In this document: positions 13,801 through 27,335 of the stretch, in pieces
How the letters are laid out: each line of letters opens with the position of its first letter
How positions within the stretch are numbered: position 1 is the first letter of the stretch
Source of the DNA: Coniocarpon cinnabarinum
Lineage: Eukaryota
Direction of reading: 5' to 3'
Assembly: GCA_051942205.1 (NCBI GenBank)
Contig: JAVECO010000054.1
Coordinates: 1 to 64,000, forward strand
Length of the DNA: 64,000 nt
Made by a program: the position numbers and the translations under genes
Notes under the pieces: generated by a model
The model's input: the letters and a program-made list of their open reading frames with translations, nothing else
Databases searched by the model: none
Told to the model about the DNA's origin: nothing

Positions 13801-14495
13801 ATATTAACTAGCACTAAAAGTATTATACTTCTAAATTCTATAGTATTTTTATTTTAAAGAACTTTCTTAAAATAAGGTCTTCTTATTAGTTATAAGATAC
13901 TAAATAGAATATACCTTATTTTTTGTTTAGTATAATTAAGGTAATTATTCTAAAGTATAACGCCTACCCTAATAGTCCCTACCTAGGGTTAGCTTAGTAA
14001 AATAAGGGTTATAGGTAGTATAAGCTTTAGACTAAAAGATAGATTATAGGAAATAGTATTAATAAGTATAGTAGATAGTAAAAATAACTAATATATATAT
14101 TATACAGGCCTAAGTAATAGAATAATAAAAATTATAAAGACTTCTAGTATATAATTTATCTACTTAAAAAGGTATAAGTATATTATAACTTAAAAGTAAT
14201 TAAGTTATAAGTCTTAACTATAAGTTAAGTTAAATCTAAATTAAAATAATATTAAACCTAAAAGATAGGTTCTTTATCTAACTATATAGTCTAAGGTATG
14301 AATAGATATATTCTACTAAAAGATAGTCTTTAGAGTATCTAAAACCTTTAGAGCTCTAAAGCCTTTAGAGCCTCTAGAAGCTATATAGATCTCTAGAGAA
14401 GAAACACGTACTAACACGTCTAGAGAGTAGGGTCCTCGCGCTATTATGTAAGTGCACGTACTACGTCCTAGTGTTCCGTAAGGCGTAGCGTAACA
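10895..14495 (-). mobile_element. 5' half of RIP-degenerated Ty3/gypsy element C (LTR-gag-protease), interrupted by element B
   Basis: Minus strand, de-RIPed: gag 'KIEPYEGDKATLEPFL' (~13590-13545), knuckle CLYCGGAEHRAKDC (~12895-12853), protease 'LIDSGAEVNFID' (~11585-11550) and 'ILGTAFL' (~11350). Right end reads TGTTACG on the minus strand at 14495; putative LTR ~14181-14495. Confidence 0.75.
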
Positions 14496-15080
14496 GTAGC
14501 GCTCTTTATCGCTTAAGTAATTAAAAGAGGCTTTTATTAAGAAGTAAAAGAATATTAGTCTTAAAGAAATTAACTAGTTAGTTAATTCTATACCTAAGCG
14601 AGTCTATAAGTGCTAGTAGCGGTAAGGTTCGTATACGCGCTTTTAATTATACGCTTTAACAACTTATATAGTTATAATTACTACTTCTTAGCGATTATTT
14701 TAATGTGTTTTTTGTAATTATTAGAGCCTTATCGGCGACGTTACGAATTTTTTAATATTTTGGTGTGGTTTTGGTGGGCAACGACTTATGAAACCTAGCC
14801 TCGCACTGGTTTGGTGAAGCGCCTGGTCCGTGCGTTTTGGAGCTTTCAACTCAGATTGCGGAAGTTGAGTTTGTAGATCTTCCATGCCTTTACGATCCAG
14901 CTTCACACACCCTTTGAATTTCCTTGAGCTCATAACTGTCTACTACACTGCAGGATTATTGTAATTTTCACTTGACAGTTATGGTCTTGCTCAATCTGCT
15001 ATTGCCTACACTCAATGTGTTGCTGAACCTTCACTCCGCTACTATGCGATAGCGCGTGATCTTGTGGTGATTCATCCACC

Positions 15081-18000
15081 ATGGATCCTCACCCTTCCCC
15101 CAGACCCAGTGGGTCTATGGACATCAGAAGAGATGATTATAATTTCTATCGGCGGGGTTCAAACATGAGCGATGCCTCATTCATCGCTGATGTGGACATG
15201 TCCCAAAATGAGATGTTCTCGGGACCTACCTCAGAGAGCGTCCCTACCAGCAACATTGGTTTTACATCACGAAGAGAACGAGCAGATTCAACAACCAGCT
15301 TTACCTATTACGATGAAGAGGAGCATGCTGAAGACTTCGACTCTTGGCTGGAAGATGAAGCCGTGATTGAAGAAGGACCTGAGTTGGAAGATATTGAGGA
15401 AGGTTCAAATGAATTTTCGGAGACCGGAGATGACTTGGAGACAGCTAATGGTCATGCTTCAAGACGACGCAAGTCGTCTGTCGAATCGAAAAGATCAAGA
15501 ACATCACGCAGCTCTAGAGGATCTCGACCATCGGCAGAAGATCCGCTCCTCAAGCGTCACTTTTCCTCAGAATCGGCAAGAAGTAATATCAGTGGACGTT
15601 TCGGACGTTACCGTACAAGTCAAAAGATATATATCCCGTCCGAAGACTTGACCCTTGTTGTGGCTGGATTTCAAACTTCGCTCGTCGGAAATTCGATTTA
15701 CATGTTTCTCTGCATCTGTACCGCTGGCTTGGCTTTCTTGTTATTTCGATGGCTTCCCCGTTGGCGGTTAAAGCTCGTTGGAAGACCGATGCCATTAAGA
15801 GAGTGCAAATGGGTAGTGATAGAGGTAAGTCTCACGTCAAAAGGTGGTCAAAAACCATTACTGATCATAGTATTAGAATCAGTGGAACGAAATTGCAGTA
15901 CTCACAGTGACAGTCCACGAGTATGGACATGCGCTTTCGTCGGTATTTGGTGTGCAAGAGAAGAGTATGTATCTCGATTTCGATGAAGAAGACGATCCCC
16001 TTATCGATCAGTTACGCCTGATCGATTACAGATATGTACGATTCGCATTTCATCCGGTCAAGGAAAAGTTCGTCGTCAACAATTCATGGAAAGACCCTGC
16101 TTGGAGTGAGTTGGAAACAGTTCGTGCTGGCATCGGTACGGACGAAAAAGAAAGTCGCGATCAAATCTTCGGGAAGAACGTTATCGATATCGAGGAAAAG
16201 CCATTAGGTGCATTACTCGTTGACGAGGTTCTGCATCCTTTCTACATCTTCCAGGTTGCAAGTCTCATTCTCTGGTCTATGGATCAGTACTACTACTATG
16301 CGGCGTGCATATTCATCATATCGGTTGTGAGCATTACTACAACATTGCTGGAGACGCGTGCAACTATGAAGAGGCTTCGAGACATCTCCAAATTTGAATG
16401 CGACGTTCGTGTTTTACGAAATGGATTTTGGAAATATGTCGAATCTGCCGAACTGGTCCCTGGAGATATCTACGAGATCACAGATCCTTCTTTGTCCCAG
16501 TTTCCATGCGACAGTCTACTACTTACAGGAGATTGTATCGTCAATGAAAGCATGCTCACTGGTGAATCAGTACCTGTTTCGAAGATACCATCCACGTCAG
16601 AAGCGGTAGCACTCCTGGATCTCAGCGCATCTTCAGTTCATCCAAACGTTGCCAAGCACATGCTCTTCTGCGGTACCAAGATCATTCGTGCACGAAGACC
16701 TCAAGAAGGCAAAGATGATGAAGCAGCTGCACTGGCTCTTGTCGTGCGCACAGGATTCAACACGACCAAGGGCGCGCTCGTCCGGTCAATGTTATTCCCC
16801 AAGCCCTCAGGATTCAAATTCTATCGCGATTCCTTTCGGTATATATCAGTCATGGCAATCATCGCTCTAGTTGGTTTCACCGCCTCGTTCATCAATTTTG
16901 TCAGATTGGGCCTGGCGTGGCACTTGATCGTGGTGAGAGCTTTGGATCTCATCACCATTGTGGTGCCTCCGGCTTTGCCCGCAACTTTGACGATTGGCAC
17001 CAATTTCGCTTTGTCAAGGCTCAAGCAGAAACAGATCTTTTGCATAAGTCCTCAGCGTGTGAATGTTGGTGGCAAGATTGACGTAATGTGCTTCGATAAG
17101 ACTGGGACTTTGACGGAGGAGGGTTTAGATGTGTTGGGTGTTCGTGCTGTGCAGAAGCCGGCGAACAGGTTTAGTGAACTGTTGGATCATCCTCTGATGG
17201 TGCTTCCCACTGCAAATTACGAACGAGATCCTACCGTCGATTACAGCATCCACAAGGCTATACTGTACACCATGGCAACGTGTCATTCGTTACGCAATGT
17301 TGATGGTGAATTGGTTGGCGATCCACTTGACGTTAAAATGTTTAGCTTTACTGGCTGGAGTTACGAGGAAAGCGTGCAGCAACAAAGTCCCGTGGACGAC
17401 GACGATCAGACGACGCTAACTCCCTCTGTGGCGCGGCCACCTCGTGGTGCTCAATTTGATTACGAGGACGGCACAGATGCTGCACATTCTTCGCCAGTTG
17501 AGCTCGGTGTTCTGAAGCAGTTCGAATTCGTCTCTCAGCTACGTCGAGCAAGTGTTGTTGTCAGACAATTTGGATCCCCTACAGGTCAAATTTACTTGAA
17601 AGGCGCGCCCGAGTGTATGGAAGAAGTCTGTCGTCTTGACTCGTTTCCACAGGATTACGACGAGCTACTCAACTTCTATACTCATCGGGGCTTTCGTGTC
17701 ATTGGTTGTGCGACTAAAACCATTCCAAAATTGAACTGGGTCAAGGTACAAAAGATGAAGCGAGAAGAAGCAGAATCGGATCTGACTTTCCTCGGTTTTA
17801 TTGTATTCGAAAACAAGTTGAAACCAGCGACAGCGGACATCATCCATGAGCTTGCAGTTGCGAACATCCGGCGTGTCATGTGCACAGGAGACAATATCCT
17901 TACCGCTGTCAGCGTTGCCAGAGAGTGTGGGCTCATTGATCCGGCTGCACATTGCTTCATACCACATTTCGCTGAGGGAGAGGCCAGTAATCCTTTGTCT

Positions 18001-19182
18001 CGTTTGGTCTGGGAGAGTGTGGATAATCCTCTATTCAAACTTGATGAGCATACGCTTCAGCCGTTGCCGCCGCCAGTGGAACACACAACGAGTCCATATG
18101 AAATGGCTAATATCAAGAGCTATTGTGTTGCTGTCAGTGGCGATGCATTCCGATGGATTGTTGATTATGCCTCGGAGCCTGTATTGCGTGCGATGCTTGT
18201 CACTGGACAAGTCTACGCAAGGATGTCACCAGACGAGAAGCACGAACTCATCGAGAAACTGCAAAGTCTCGATTACACTGCTGGATTCTGTGGTGATGGC
18301 GCAAATGATTGTGGCGCACTGAAAGCTGCTGATGTGGGCATCTCGCTTTCCGAGGCTGAAGCATCAGTAGCGGCACCTTTTACCAGTCGCGTTTTTGACA
18401 TCTCTTGCGTACCTCAGGTCATTCGTGAAGGCCGAGCTGCTCTTGTGACGAGCTTCAGCTGTTTCAAATACATGAGCTTATATTCCGCCATCCAGTTCAC
18501 ATCTGTCAGCTTTCTTTACGCCTCGGCATCGAATCTGGGAGACTTTCAATTTTTATTCATTGATCTGGCATTGATTCTCCCAATCGCAATTTTCATGGGA
18601 TGGACTGGACCATATCATCACCTCTCGAAGAAGCGACCAACAGCGAGTCTCGTCTCAAAGAAGGTGCTTGTGCCACTTCTTGGCCAGATCGCCGTCTGTA
18701 TCCTCATCCAAGCAGTTGCATTCGAAGTAGTGCATTGGCAATCATGGTATCAGCCTCCAAAACTGAACAAGCAACATTCAAACACCACCAATTCGCAGAA
18801 CACATCACTGTTCTTGCTCTCGTGCTATCAATACATTCTTTCTGCAATCGTGTTGAGTGTCGGGCACCCATTCCGGCAATCGATGCGACACAACCTCCCA
18901 TTCGTCATCACCATGATGGTAGCATTGTCGATCAGCACCTACATGCTCTTTGACCCGGCGCATTGGTTGGTGAACCTGATGCAACTCACATACATGTCGG
19001 ACCAATTCAAGGGCTTTTTAGTCGTTTTGGCTCTTGGAGGGTTCGCTTGTGCTTACGGGGCAGAGCGCTACGTGTTTCCACCACTGGCAAAGCTCATCGG
19101 CCGAATCAGACAGTGGTCACGTCCGAGCCGAACAAAGAAGAGGAAGGAATACAAGGAAGTGCTGGAGAAACTCGAGGTGTAA
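15081..19182 (+). CDS. YPK9: P5B-type cation/polyamine-transporting ATPase (Ypk9/ATP13A family), 2 exons
   Basis: Intron 15825-15876 (GTAAGT..CTGAT..TAG) joins the 301-aa and 1091-aa ORFs in frame. Motifs TGES, PPALP (P5B signature), DKTGTLT, KGAPE, CTGDN, GDGANDCGALK. Confidence 0.93.
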
Positions 19183-19460
19183 GACGGACCAGTTGACGGA
19201 TGAAATGATACCCCAGACGTGATAGGTAATGTACCGACACGGAGCATTTGACGACGGTTATAGATAGACTCCGATAATAAAGTTCGCGCAGAGTGCGAAG
19301 GCTAAGATCGGTGCCGTTTGCAAGCGCGCGGACAATGGAACGTTCCCAAATGTGATTCAAGTCTATGACCGCATCACACCCTGTCCGTGTCATGGGTATC
19401 ACCCAGTTTTTCCCAGCCACGACCCCATCGTCGGCGCACTCACCTCTGGAGAAGGCCAAG

Positions 19461-20979
19461 ATGGCTCAGATGGCAACGGTGATGGATTCACTGCAAGGTG
19501 AGTGCTTGTCGAAAAAATGCGCAGAGCTCGGGGAAGACTCGAGGATGTGGCCGATCTACTGGCCGTGTGCCCTGCATGAAACCAGGCGCTGCGACCTTTC
19601 CCCTTTAATGCAGAACACTGCAGCACGTGTACTCCTGTGGCTATGTGGCTATGCCTCTTTATCGATTCCATCTCCCATACACACAACTCCACCCCGCTGT
19701 CCATGCTCTTCTTAGACATGCATCTAATGTCCTCATTCAGACTTTCTCCTCGATGGAGGCTACTTGCCTTCTGCCGTCATTCGCATGGGCATCCGGCGGC
19801 AGCTTGCAAATCGGATAGAGATAATACATGCGGCATCACTACAAGCTGGCTATGAGAGGAAGATGAAATATGTAGACCTCTTGAGGACCCGCCCTATTGC
19901 TATTGAGACCGACAAAGCCAATCAACAACACTATGAGGTTGGGACTGGCGTGTTGCAATGCATGCTTGGGCCTAGAATGAAGGTGAGCCTTTCCTTATGC
20001 TTCTACGGTTGCCCCTCATCCGTCTTTGGATTGCAGTACAAGTGAATCTCTTCCTGGCACATTGCGAAGACTTTCGAGGCTGCGTCTTGTACTGATTTTG
20101 AGTGGATCTGCAGTACTCGTCATGCTTGTATGGAACAGGTCGCGAGACCCTTGGTCAAGCAGAAGTCGATATGATGAGTCTCTATATCGAACGCGCGGGT
20201 ATTAGGGATGGGATGGAGATTCTGGATCTAGGGTAAGTGTGCACGACACCCGTTTTCACCGTTACATTTGGCAAACTCTGTCCGCTAGTTGTGGCTGGGG
20301 CTCTTTGTCGATCTTCCTTGCTCAGCGCTTCCCAAACTCTCAAATCACCGCATTCTCAAACAGTACCACCCAGAAGGCCCACATCGATTCTTGTGCGCGA
20401 GCGAACACCCCACCGTTGACCAATCTTCGATGCGTCACCGGCGATGTCACGGTCCACGACTTCGAGGCTGAACGGTACGATCGCTGCGTTTCCATTGAAC
20501 TCTTTGAGCACATGAAAAACTACGAACTACTTCTCGCCAAAGTCGCGCACGCTCTCAAACCTGGTGGTAAGCTGTTTGTGCACCTCTTTTCGCACAAGGA
20601 ATCGCCTTATGATTACGAAGGCGGCTGGATGACGGAGCACTTCTTCACTGGGGGCACTATGCCGAGTGCGGATTTGCTGCATTACTTTCAGCGTGATCTG
20701 TCTTTAGAAAAGCAGTGGTGGGTCAACGGAAAGCATTACGCGCGCACGTGTGAGGATTGGCTGGTGAATATGACTAAAAACAAGAAAGCGATATGGCCTC
20801 ACCTGGAGGCAACTTATGGTAAGAACAGCGCAACGACATGGTTTCATCGATGGCAAATCTTTTACATGGCATGCGCAGAGCTGTTTGCATGGGAAGGGGG
20901 CGACACATGGGGAGTGGCGCATTATCTGTTCACGAAGCCTCCGAGGAGGGAATTGCACTTGAATGGTTCGGCGATTTGA
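19461..20979 (+). CDS. SAM-dependent methyltransferase, cyclopropane-fatty-acyl synthase / coclaurine N-methyltransferase-like, 4 exons
   Basis: Introns 19498-19740, 19983-20113 and 20233-20288 give an intact frame with 'ANQQHYEV', 'GPRMKYSSC', motif I 'ILDLGCGWG', 'SIELFEHMKNY', 'HFFTGGTMPS'. Confidence 0.88.
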
Positions 20980-21934
20980 AAAGCGCATAGATATCGCATG
21001 GCTCGGCGCCAATGTATCGTATGCGGAGGTTTTTGGCTCTTGTACGCTCTGCTGTGGTGGTACGGAGTTTCAACATCACTGCTGCAGAGACTCGTATGTT
21101 CTTCAGTCTTCTTCAGCGTTGGACTGTCAAGGATGATATGCGCATTTCCTCCGATGCTTGTCGTTGGTAGAAGGGTGCATCGGCAACAGCCCCTGGTTCA
21201 GTGATCCCAAGGATGTTTCCAGCCCAGTAACACGGGCCCATCTTTTCTTGCTCGATAAAGAAGCTACGCCGGTTGTTAGATCCAGTCGAAGATATATCAG
21301 CCAAGGACACAACACACGAAGAACCACATCGATGCCGGAAGTGCAGTTGCGAAGAACCGATACAAGGGTCGCGGAGGATGGATGTGAATGGGGTGGCCAT
21401 TGTGTGGGTTGGGTCCCGCCATGCCTAGAGGAGAGAGGTCTGTACGCGCATTAGCTACGAGAAGTTGCGATGATTCGCCACCTACTTGGACTCTCTGCTT
21501 CGGCGTACGATTTGATGCTTAGAGACGCGAAGAAGAGCTCCGTATACCAGCAGAGCACGCAGGTACTCTTTAGAACGGAGTTTCGGAGTTGCAAATGTCA
21601 AGAGGGCAGGAGACGCATTGCTGTAATGTGGCACTGCAGGACAGCGGCATGTGACAGGTCCGCTTAGCGTGTGCAATGACTCGCTCCACCTGGAAGCTCC
21701 TCCGCTTGCTTCGCTATTCATTCCAACTCTGCCTTATGCTTATTCAGACATTTTCTTGCTCCTTCTTCATTGCTGTCTCTCCTTCACCCATGTCAATTTC
21801 ATGACACACACCTTCGCTGACCGTTTTCCCCACACGTTTGACCGGCGCGGCTGGCCCCGCCAACCAGCTCAGCTCACTTCTCTCCAATCACACACACATT
21901 CGCTCTGATACAACGTACGAAGGGTTTGCTTGAT

Positions 21935-24007
21935 ATGGCGACAATGAATGGGCTGGGCTCCTATGACACCCGCCGCTTCAAAGGTTGCACCAGCATTGCC
22001 GACTACGAAATCGTTGACAAGTTGGGAGAGGGAACGTTTGGGTACGCATATCATACCTTTCGGCTTTTTCATCGATTACGAGTCAGACTTTCAACGATAA
22101 CACTAACAATGTCTTCTTCAGTGTTGTTCACAAAGCGCGACATCGGCGCGATGGTCATGTCGTTGCTATCAAGCAAATCCTCATGCATTCTGAGAAAGAT
22201 GGCGTATGTCCGCATGCTCGGCGGGATGGATGGTTATGGACACTTCGAGCTAAAACGGTTGACAGTTTCCTATCACGGCCCTCCGCGAGATCCGCATCCT
22301 TAAATCGCTATCTCATATCAATATCCTCAAGCTGGAGGAAATGGCAATCGAGCGCGCGAAAGGTTCGCACGTTGAATAACTCGCAATCGCTACTCCAGCT
22401 GACTCAGCTTCCCAGCCAAAGAGCAGAAGAAAGCTATCGTCTACATGGTAACACCATACAGCGATCACGATCTATCTGGGCTTCTTGAAAATCCCGCGGT
22501 TGCCTTCACTGAAGCACAGATCAAGTGCTACATGCTTCAGTTGTTGGATGGCTTACGCTTTCTTCATGCGCAAAAGATTCTGCATCGCGATATCAAAGCC
22601 GCGAATCTCTTGATCTCCAATGCTGGCATTTTGTCAATAGCAGATTTCGGGCTCGCACGACAATTCGACGGGTCCGCACCCAAGCCAGGCCTCGGAAATG
22701 GAGAAGCGGTGCGCGATTACACTGGGCTTGTCGTTACGAGATGGTATCGACCTCCTGAGTTACTGCTCGGCTTGCGACGATACACATGCGCCATTGACAT
22801 CTGGGGAGCTGGATGCATTTTTGGCGAAATGTTTGAAAAGCAACCGATTCTGTCAGGCAAGACCGACTTGAACCAAGCACATATCATCTTTGACCTTGTC
22901 GGTACGCCAAATGAAGAGAACATGCCGGGTTGGAACGTATTGCCTGGTTTCGAAGGGCAGAAGGACTTCTCCCCGCCGCGAACGGGTAACATTGACAAAC
23001 GATTCAGCAAACTCTCGCCGCCCGCTCTATCACTTCTCAAGAATCTGCTTAACCTCAATTGGCAGACACGATTCAACGCTCATGATGCTCTGCGGCACGC
23101 GTACTTCACAACACCACCCTTGCCTTCTCTTCCCCACGAGCTTCCCAAATATAACGATTCACATGAGCTTGATCGCAAGCGTTTCCGAGAGATGAAAGAT
23201 GAGCCTCTGCCGCCTCAGAACGTGCTTCCTCCCGCACCTGCTGGCGGAGGTATGGCCGGAACCAACGACGACTTTCATGGACTTAACTATGGTGATCGCG
23301 ACCGCCGAGACGACCGGCGAAACGGGCGGCGCTTCGATGACCGTGATCGCGATCGGTACCGTGACTATGATCGACCTCCACCACGATATGATGATCGCGA
23401 GCGTGATCGCCGGTACGATGATCGTCGGTATCGAGATAGGGATAACCTCCCTCCTCGTGACGACCCTAGAGAGCGAGACAGATTTCCTGATTCCTACCGC
23501 GAGCGCTCACCTCCGCGACGACCTCCACCGGACCACGACGTCCGGCGTCCTCACCCGACCTCACATCCTGAAGGCGCCCCTGAGCCTCGTCGTCCAGCGT
23601 GGAAACGCGATCCTCCGCCCCCTGATACCCTACCGCCCAGACCTAACGGTCTTCCGCCACGTCCAGATGTCGCAGTACCAGCATGGGATCGCGCGCGTAG
23701 AGACCAACGCGTAGACGGACGAGATCTGCCGCCCGCCCATCGTGATCGTGACCGCGACCGTGACCGCGACCGACGTGATGACCGTGGAGGAGGAGGGGGG
23801 GGAGGACGAGATACGTACATCCCGTCATACTCGGCGGTGCGTCCGGACTCACGAGACGGCATCACGCGTGATGGCCGACCACGGAGCGATGCGGGCAGTC
23901 GATCTGGCTCGGCACGATATCGCGAAAGTCGGAGTCGCAGTCCGACGAGGCGAGAGGACCGTGAACGGAGGGAGAGGGAAAACGCGAATCCCTACGGTCG
24001 GCGATAG
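21935..24007 (+). CDS. BUR1: Cyclin-dependent kinase Bur1/Sgv1 (CDK9 family), 4 exons, long Arg/Asp/Pro-rich C-tail
   Basis: Introns 22042-22121, 22204-22265, 22363-22415. Spliced product has [41 protein letters not shown]. Confidence 0.92.
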
Positions 24008-24872
24008 CACCGTCGTCCGAATGACGATTTCGCATACGAGGCGGCATTGGCTCCGTCAAATTCAGCTTCTGGGGCCGGTTCGCGGCGGTCTCATGCTGGA
24101 CGCTTGCCAGCGGAAGGGCGGCATTTCGTCCGTGGTGCGGCGATGCGACGGCCGTGGGATTTGTGAGACTGGGGCAGGGCGCGGAGAGGCTGCAATGGCC
24201 TCAGGCTTCATGAGTGGACTTGAAGTAGTGCTTGTGATACGATTTGGTGACTGTTGATATGTTTAGCGCGGCGCTAGTGGAATGACATTTACGAACAGTT
24301 GAACGGAGCAGAGTCATGGCAAGTGATATGGTATGTCTTTACCTAGATGACAGTAGTTGCGGCAATAGAATTGAGTGCTTTGTGAGTTGAGAGACGCTTT
24401 CGCTGGCATGTCCCTAGCTTTGATACTTCTATTTCTTCGGGCTTTGGGCTTCATTGCTTGGTCTGGATCTTGCTGCGCGCATGAGCCAAGTGTGCACTTC
24501 GAAATTGACCTTGGTCTTGACTCAATGGGCTGGAAGTCACGGCGAGATTCGACATCCACTCTTCCACGAGTGATGAGGCTTGTCCAGGACTCGAGCTTTC
24601 AGACCAAAAGCATTCAGGTATCGAAGGCTGTCAGCATGGCGGCTAAACATCTTTGCGCCTCGCAAAGCCCTGAATTCTGGTGTAGCAAACGCCCTCTTTC
24701 GTTCGAGTCTCATAAGAGCGTACATGCATTCCGTGTTCCTTTGTTTCTTCTATGAAATGGGAAGCAAATGAAACGAAGTAGATGAGGTGTCTTTTTGGAG
24801 ATTCCTAACGCTGCGCAAGTACCTGATATAGCCTCCCATGTGCAAGAATACGGTAGGGTCTGACTACCGACA

Positions 24873-26341
24873 TTAATAAACGCTTCCTCTCACACTGCGA
24901 TCTCTTCGCTCTTCATCGCTCAAGCCGTCTCCCTCTTCTTCATCTTGATCTCCCAGCGCATCGGCCCGCGCCATTGTCTCTGTGTTTTCCCTTCCGGCAC
25001 GCTTCACTTCCTCACCACTCTCAACACTGCGTTTTCTCTGCTCCTCCGAGTTCTGACTTCCCTTTCGTTCCCCTCCAACGCCTGGTATCTTTCCAAAATC
25101 GAAGCCACGCTGTTCGTCGACTGCTGCAGGCGTAGACATGCCGCTTTCGCTCCCGCCGAAGTCTCGACCAGCTTGTAACCACATGGGTCTAGGCTTGAGG
25201 GTATCGGGCGATTTGTGAGCTTTTTGTTCGTCGCGCAGGCGTTGGGGAAGGTCTGATGAGCTGATGTCGACGGAGCGGTGGAGTTTCGTGGGCTTGCTGG
25301 GCGCAGAGTCATCGTTGCTGATGGTAGTGGAGATTGATGGGAGTGCCTCTGAGTCTTCCTCGCTTGCGGTGGGGCGGAGTAGAAGATCGGGAGGCGCGAG
25401 TGGCGCGTGGATGGCTGTGTCTTGTCGCTTTGGCCTCTTTTTCTCTTGTTCTCCCGCCGAAGGACTGTCTCCGCCGCTGCTTCCCCAACGCTTTTTGGGG
25501 ATGTCTTCGACAGGCCCGTGTAGATCTTCTCGCGCCCGCTTGAGCTCACTCCACGTGCGCATCTGATTTCTCAAGAGGTACCGCCCGCCTTTCTCGTCCC
25601 GCCGCTCCATGACCACAAACTCGCAGTGTCCCACATTTCGTAGATCCTCGAAGTATTCCACGCTCCAATGATACCATTTCATAAGGAACACGCGCGTCAT
25701 CAAACCATGCGTGACAAGGACGCACACACTCGGAAAGTCGGCCTCATTGAATTGACGCCAAAGGCTCTCATTGAAGCCACTGACCCGATCATACGCATCC
25801 GCCGCGCTCTCACCCGACGGAATTCGATAAAAGAAATGTCCATATTCCGCACGCTCCTTCCACATCCTCTCCATTTCACCAGAACTCGGTTGGAAGTTGC
25901 CAAAATCCTGCTCGCGCAGACGAGGCTCTTCCCAGACGTTGATGGTGTGGCGCGGGAACGGGGAGGGGGAGGGGTCGTCCGAGGTGAGTGTTGAGAGGAT
26001 ACCGTCTGTAGTTTCGCGTGTGCGTCGATAGGGACTTATGAAGAATTGGAGCGTGTCGTCTGGGTGGAGCATCGAGCGGAGGTGGGAACCCGCGGCGAAG
26101 GCTTGATCCCATCCCGTTTGGGTCAGCTTGACGCGGTGGTCTGGTGTTATTTGGTGTATGGAACGGTTGCGGTTGCCTTCGCTCTGAAGATGACTATTAG
26201 TACGAGTACGATTTGGTGTTGTGATATGACTCGGAGACTCATACCTGAGCATGACGGACAACGATAATAAGCTGTTGCAATGAATTAGCGTGCGCAGACT
26301 TGCGGTGTCATTTTGAGTGCGCTTACCCGTGGTCGGCCCAT
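24873..26341 (-). CDS. Histidine phosphatase / phosphoglycerate-mutase family protein (Det1-like), 3 exons
   Basis: Two short 5' introns reconstruct 'MGRPR-LIIVVRHAQ-SEGN'. Also 'SPYRRTRET', 'EPRLREQDFGNFQ', 'GESAADAYDR', 'LVTHG'. Confidence 0.87.
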
Positions 26342-26684
26342 GACAATTAATTGAATCTACTATGAGTCCGTAAAGGACTCAACTTATTTTGGACTACATT
26401 GCTGCTGTGGTGAAGGAGCTGAGACGGTAAGAGCTCGGAAAGCTTTGATATGACGCATTGCTTCTTGGCCTGAACTTTCGGGCGGTATGTCAGGTCGCCG
26501 TCGCTCTGACAGTCTTTAGAGCAAACAGCTCCATCGCATTTGCGCTTCCATCTTTCATCTATTAGAGTGTGGACTTGCCCTCTATCAATTTGGACTGCAA
26601 AACACATGCATCATCCCCTCCTCACAAAGTCCCGGCTCTCGAACCAGAGCTCACTGTGATCATCCTCTATTTGGCTCGTTCAAG

Positions 26685-27335
26685 ATGTCGGAGAACATAC
26701 CCGAATCCGTCCCCACATCATCTGATCGCAAATCTCACCGTCCCGTCAAGAAAGCTCGTCGAGACGGACCTGGCGCCCACGCCCAAGCCTCCGCAGTTGA
26801 AGCACTATTCGAGAAGCAACCCGACATCCAGATCCCGACCTCCGCTACCAAACCACACAAGACCACCGCTAATCTTGCCGCGCCTCCGGAGATCGTCACA
26901 AATGTCCAAGGGTCGAGCGCGGGTGCTGGATCGGGAGAATTCCACGTGTACAAGGCGAGCAGGCGGCGGGAATATGAGCGCATACGGCTGATGGAGGATG
27001 AAGCGAAGAGAGAAGATGAGACCAAAGAGTGGGAGGAGAAGCAGAGAGAGCTGAAGGAGAAGGATGAGAATAAGACCAGCAAGAATCGGAGGCGGCGGGA
27101 GAAGATCAAGGCCAAACAGGACCAAGGGAAGAAGGGAAAGGCGAATGGAGAGGCGAAGGAAGTTGATGGTGGCGGAATGGACGGGGTGAAGAAGATTAAG
27201 CCGCTGGAGATCAAGAGAAGTGAGAATGATGACGACGCGGACGACGCCAAAGAGAAAATGAGAGCTCCTGCGGACAATGGTATGAATGGCGAGCCAAACG
27301 ATGAGGGAGGCATCGTGATGCATGACGAGGATTAG
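26685..27335 (+). CDS. PRKR-interacting protein 1 homologue (DUF1168, splicing factor)
   Basis: Signature 'NVQGSSAGAGSGEFHVYKASRRREYER' followed by a charged coiled coil; divergent from the Det1-like gene. Confidence 0.88.
   Translation: MSENIPESVPTSSDRKSHRPVKKARRDGPGAHAQASAVEALFEKQPDIQIPTSATKPHKTTANLAAPPEIVTNVQGSSAGAGSGEFHVYKASRRREYERIRLMEDEAKREDETKEWEEKQRELKEKDENKTSKNRRRREKIKAKQDQGKKGKANGEAKEVDGGGMDGVKKIKPLEIKRSENDDDADDAKEKMRAPADNGMNGEPNDEGGIVMHDED

Noticed and set aside
19498..19740. Long 243-nt intron as a possible snoRNA host or nested intron
   Set aside because: No convincing C/D or H/ACA boxes and no internal donor recognised.
23290..24000. GATCGC/GACCGC-type repeats resembling an array
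   Set aside because: They simply encode the Arg-Asp-rich tail of Bur1.
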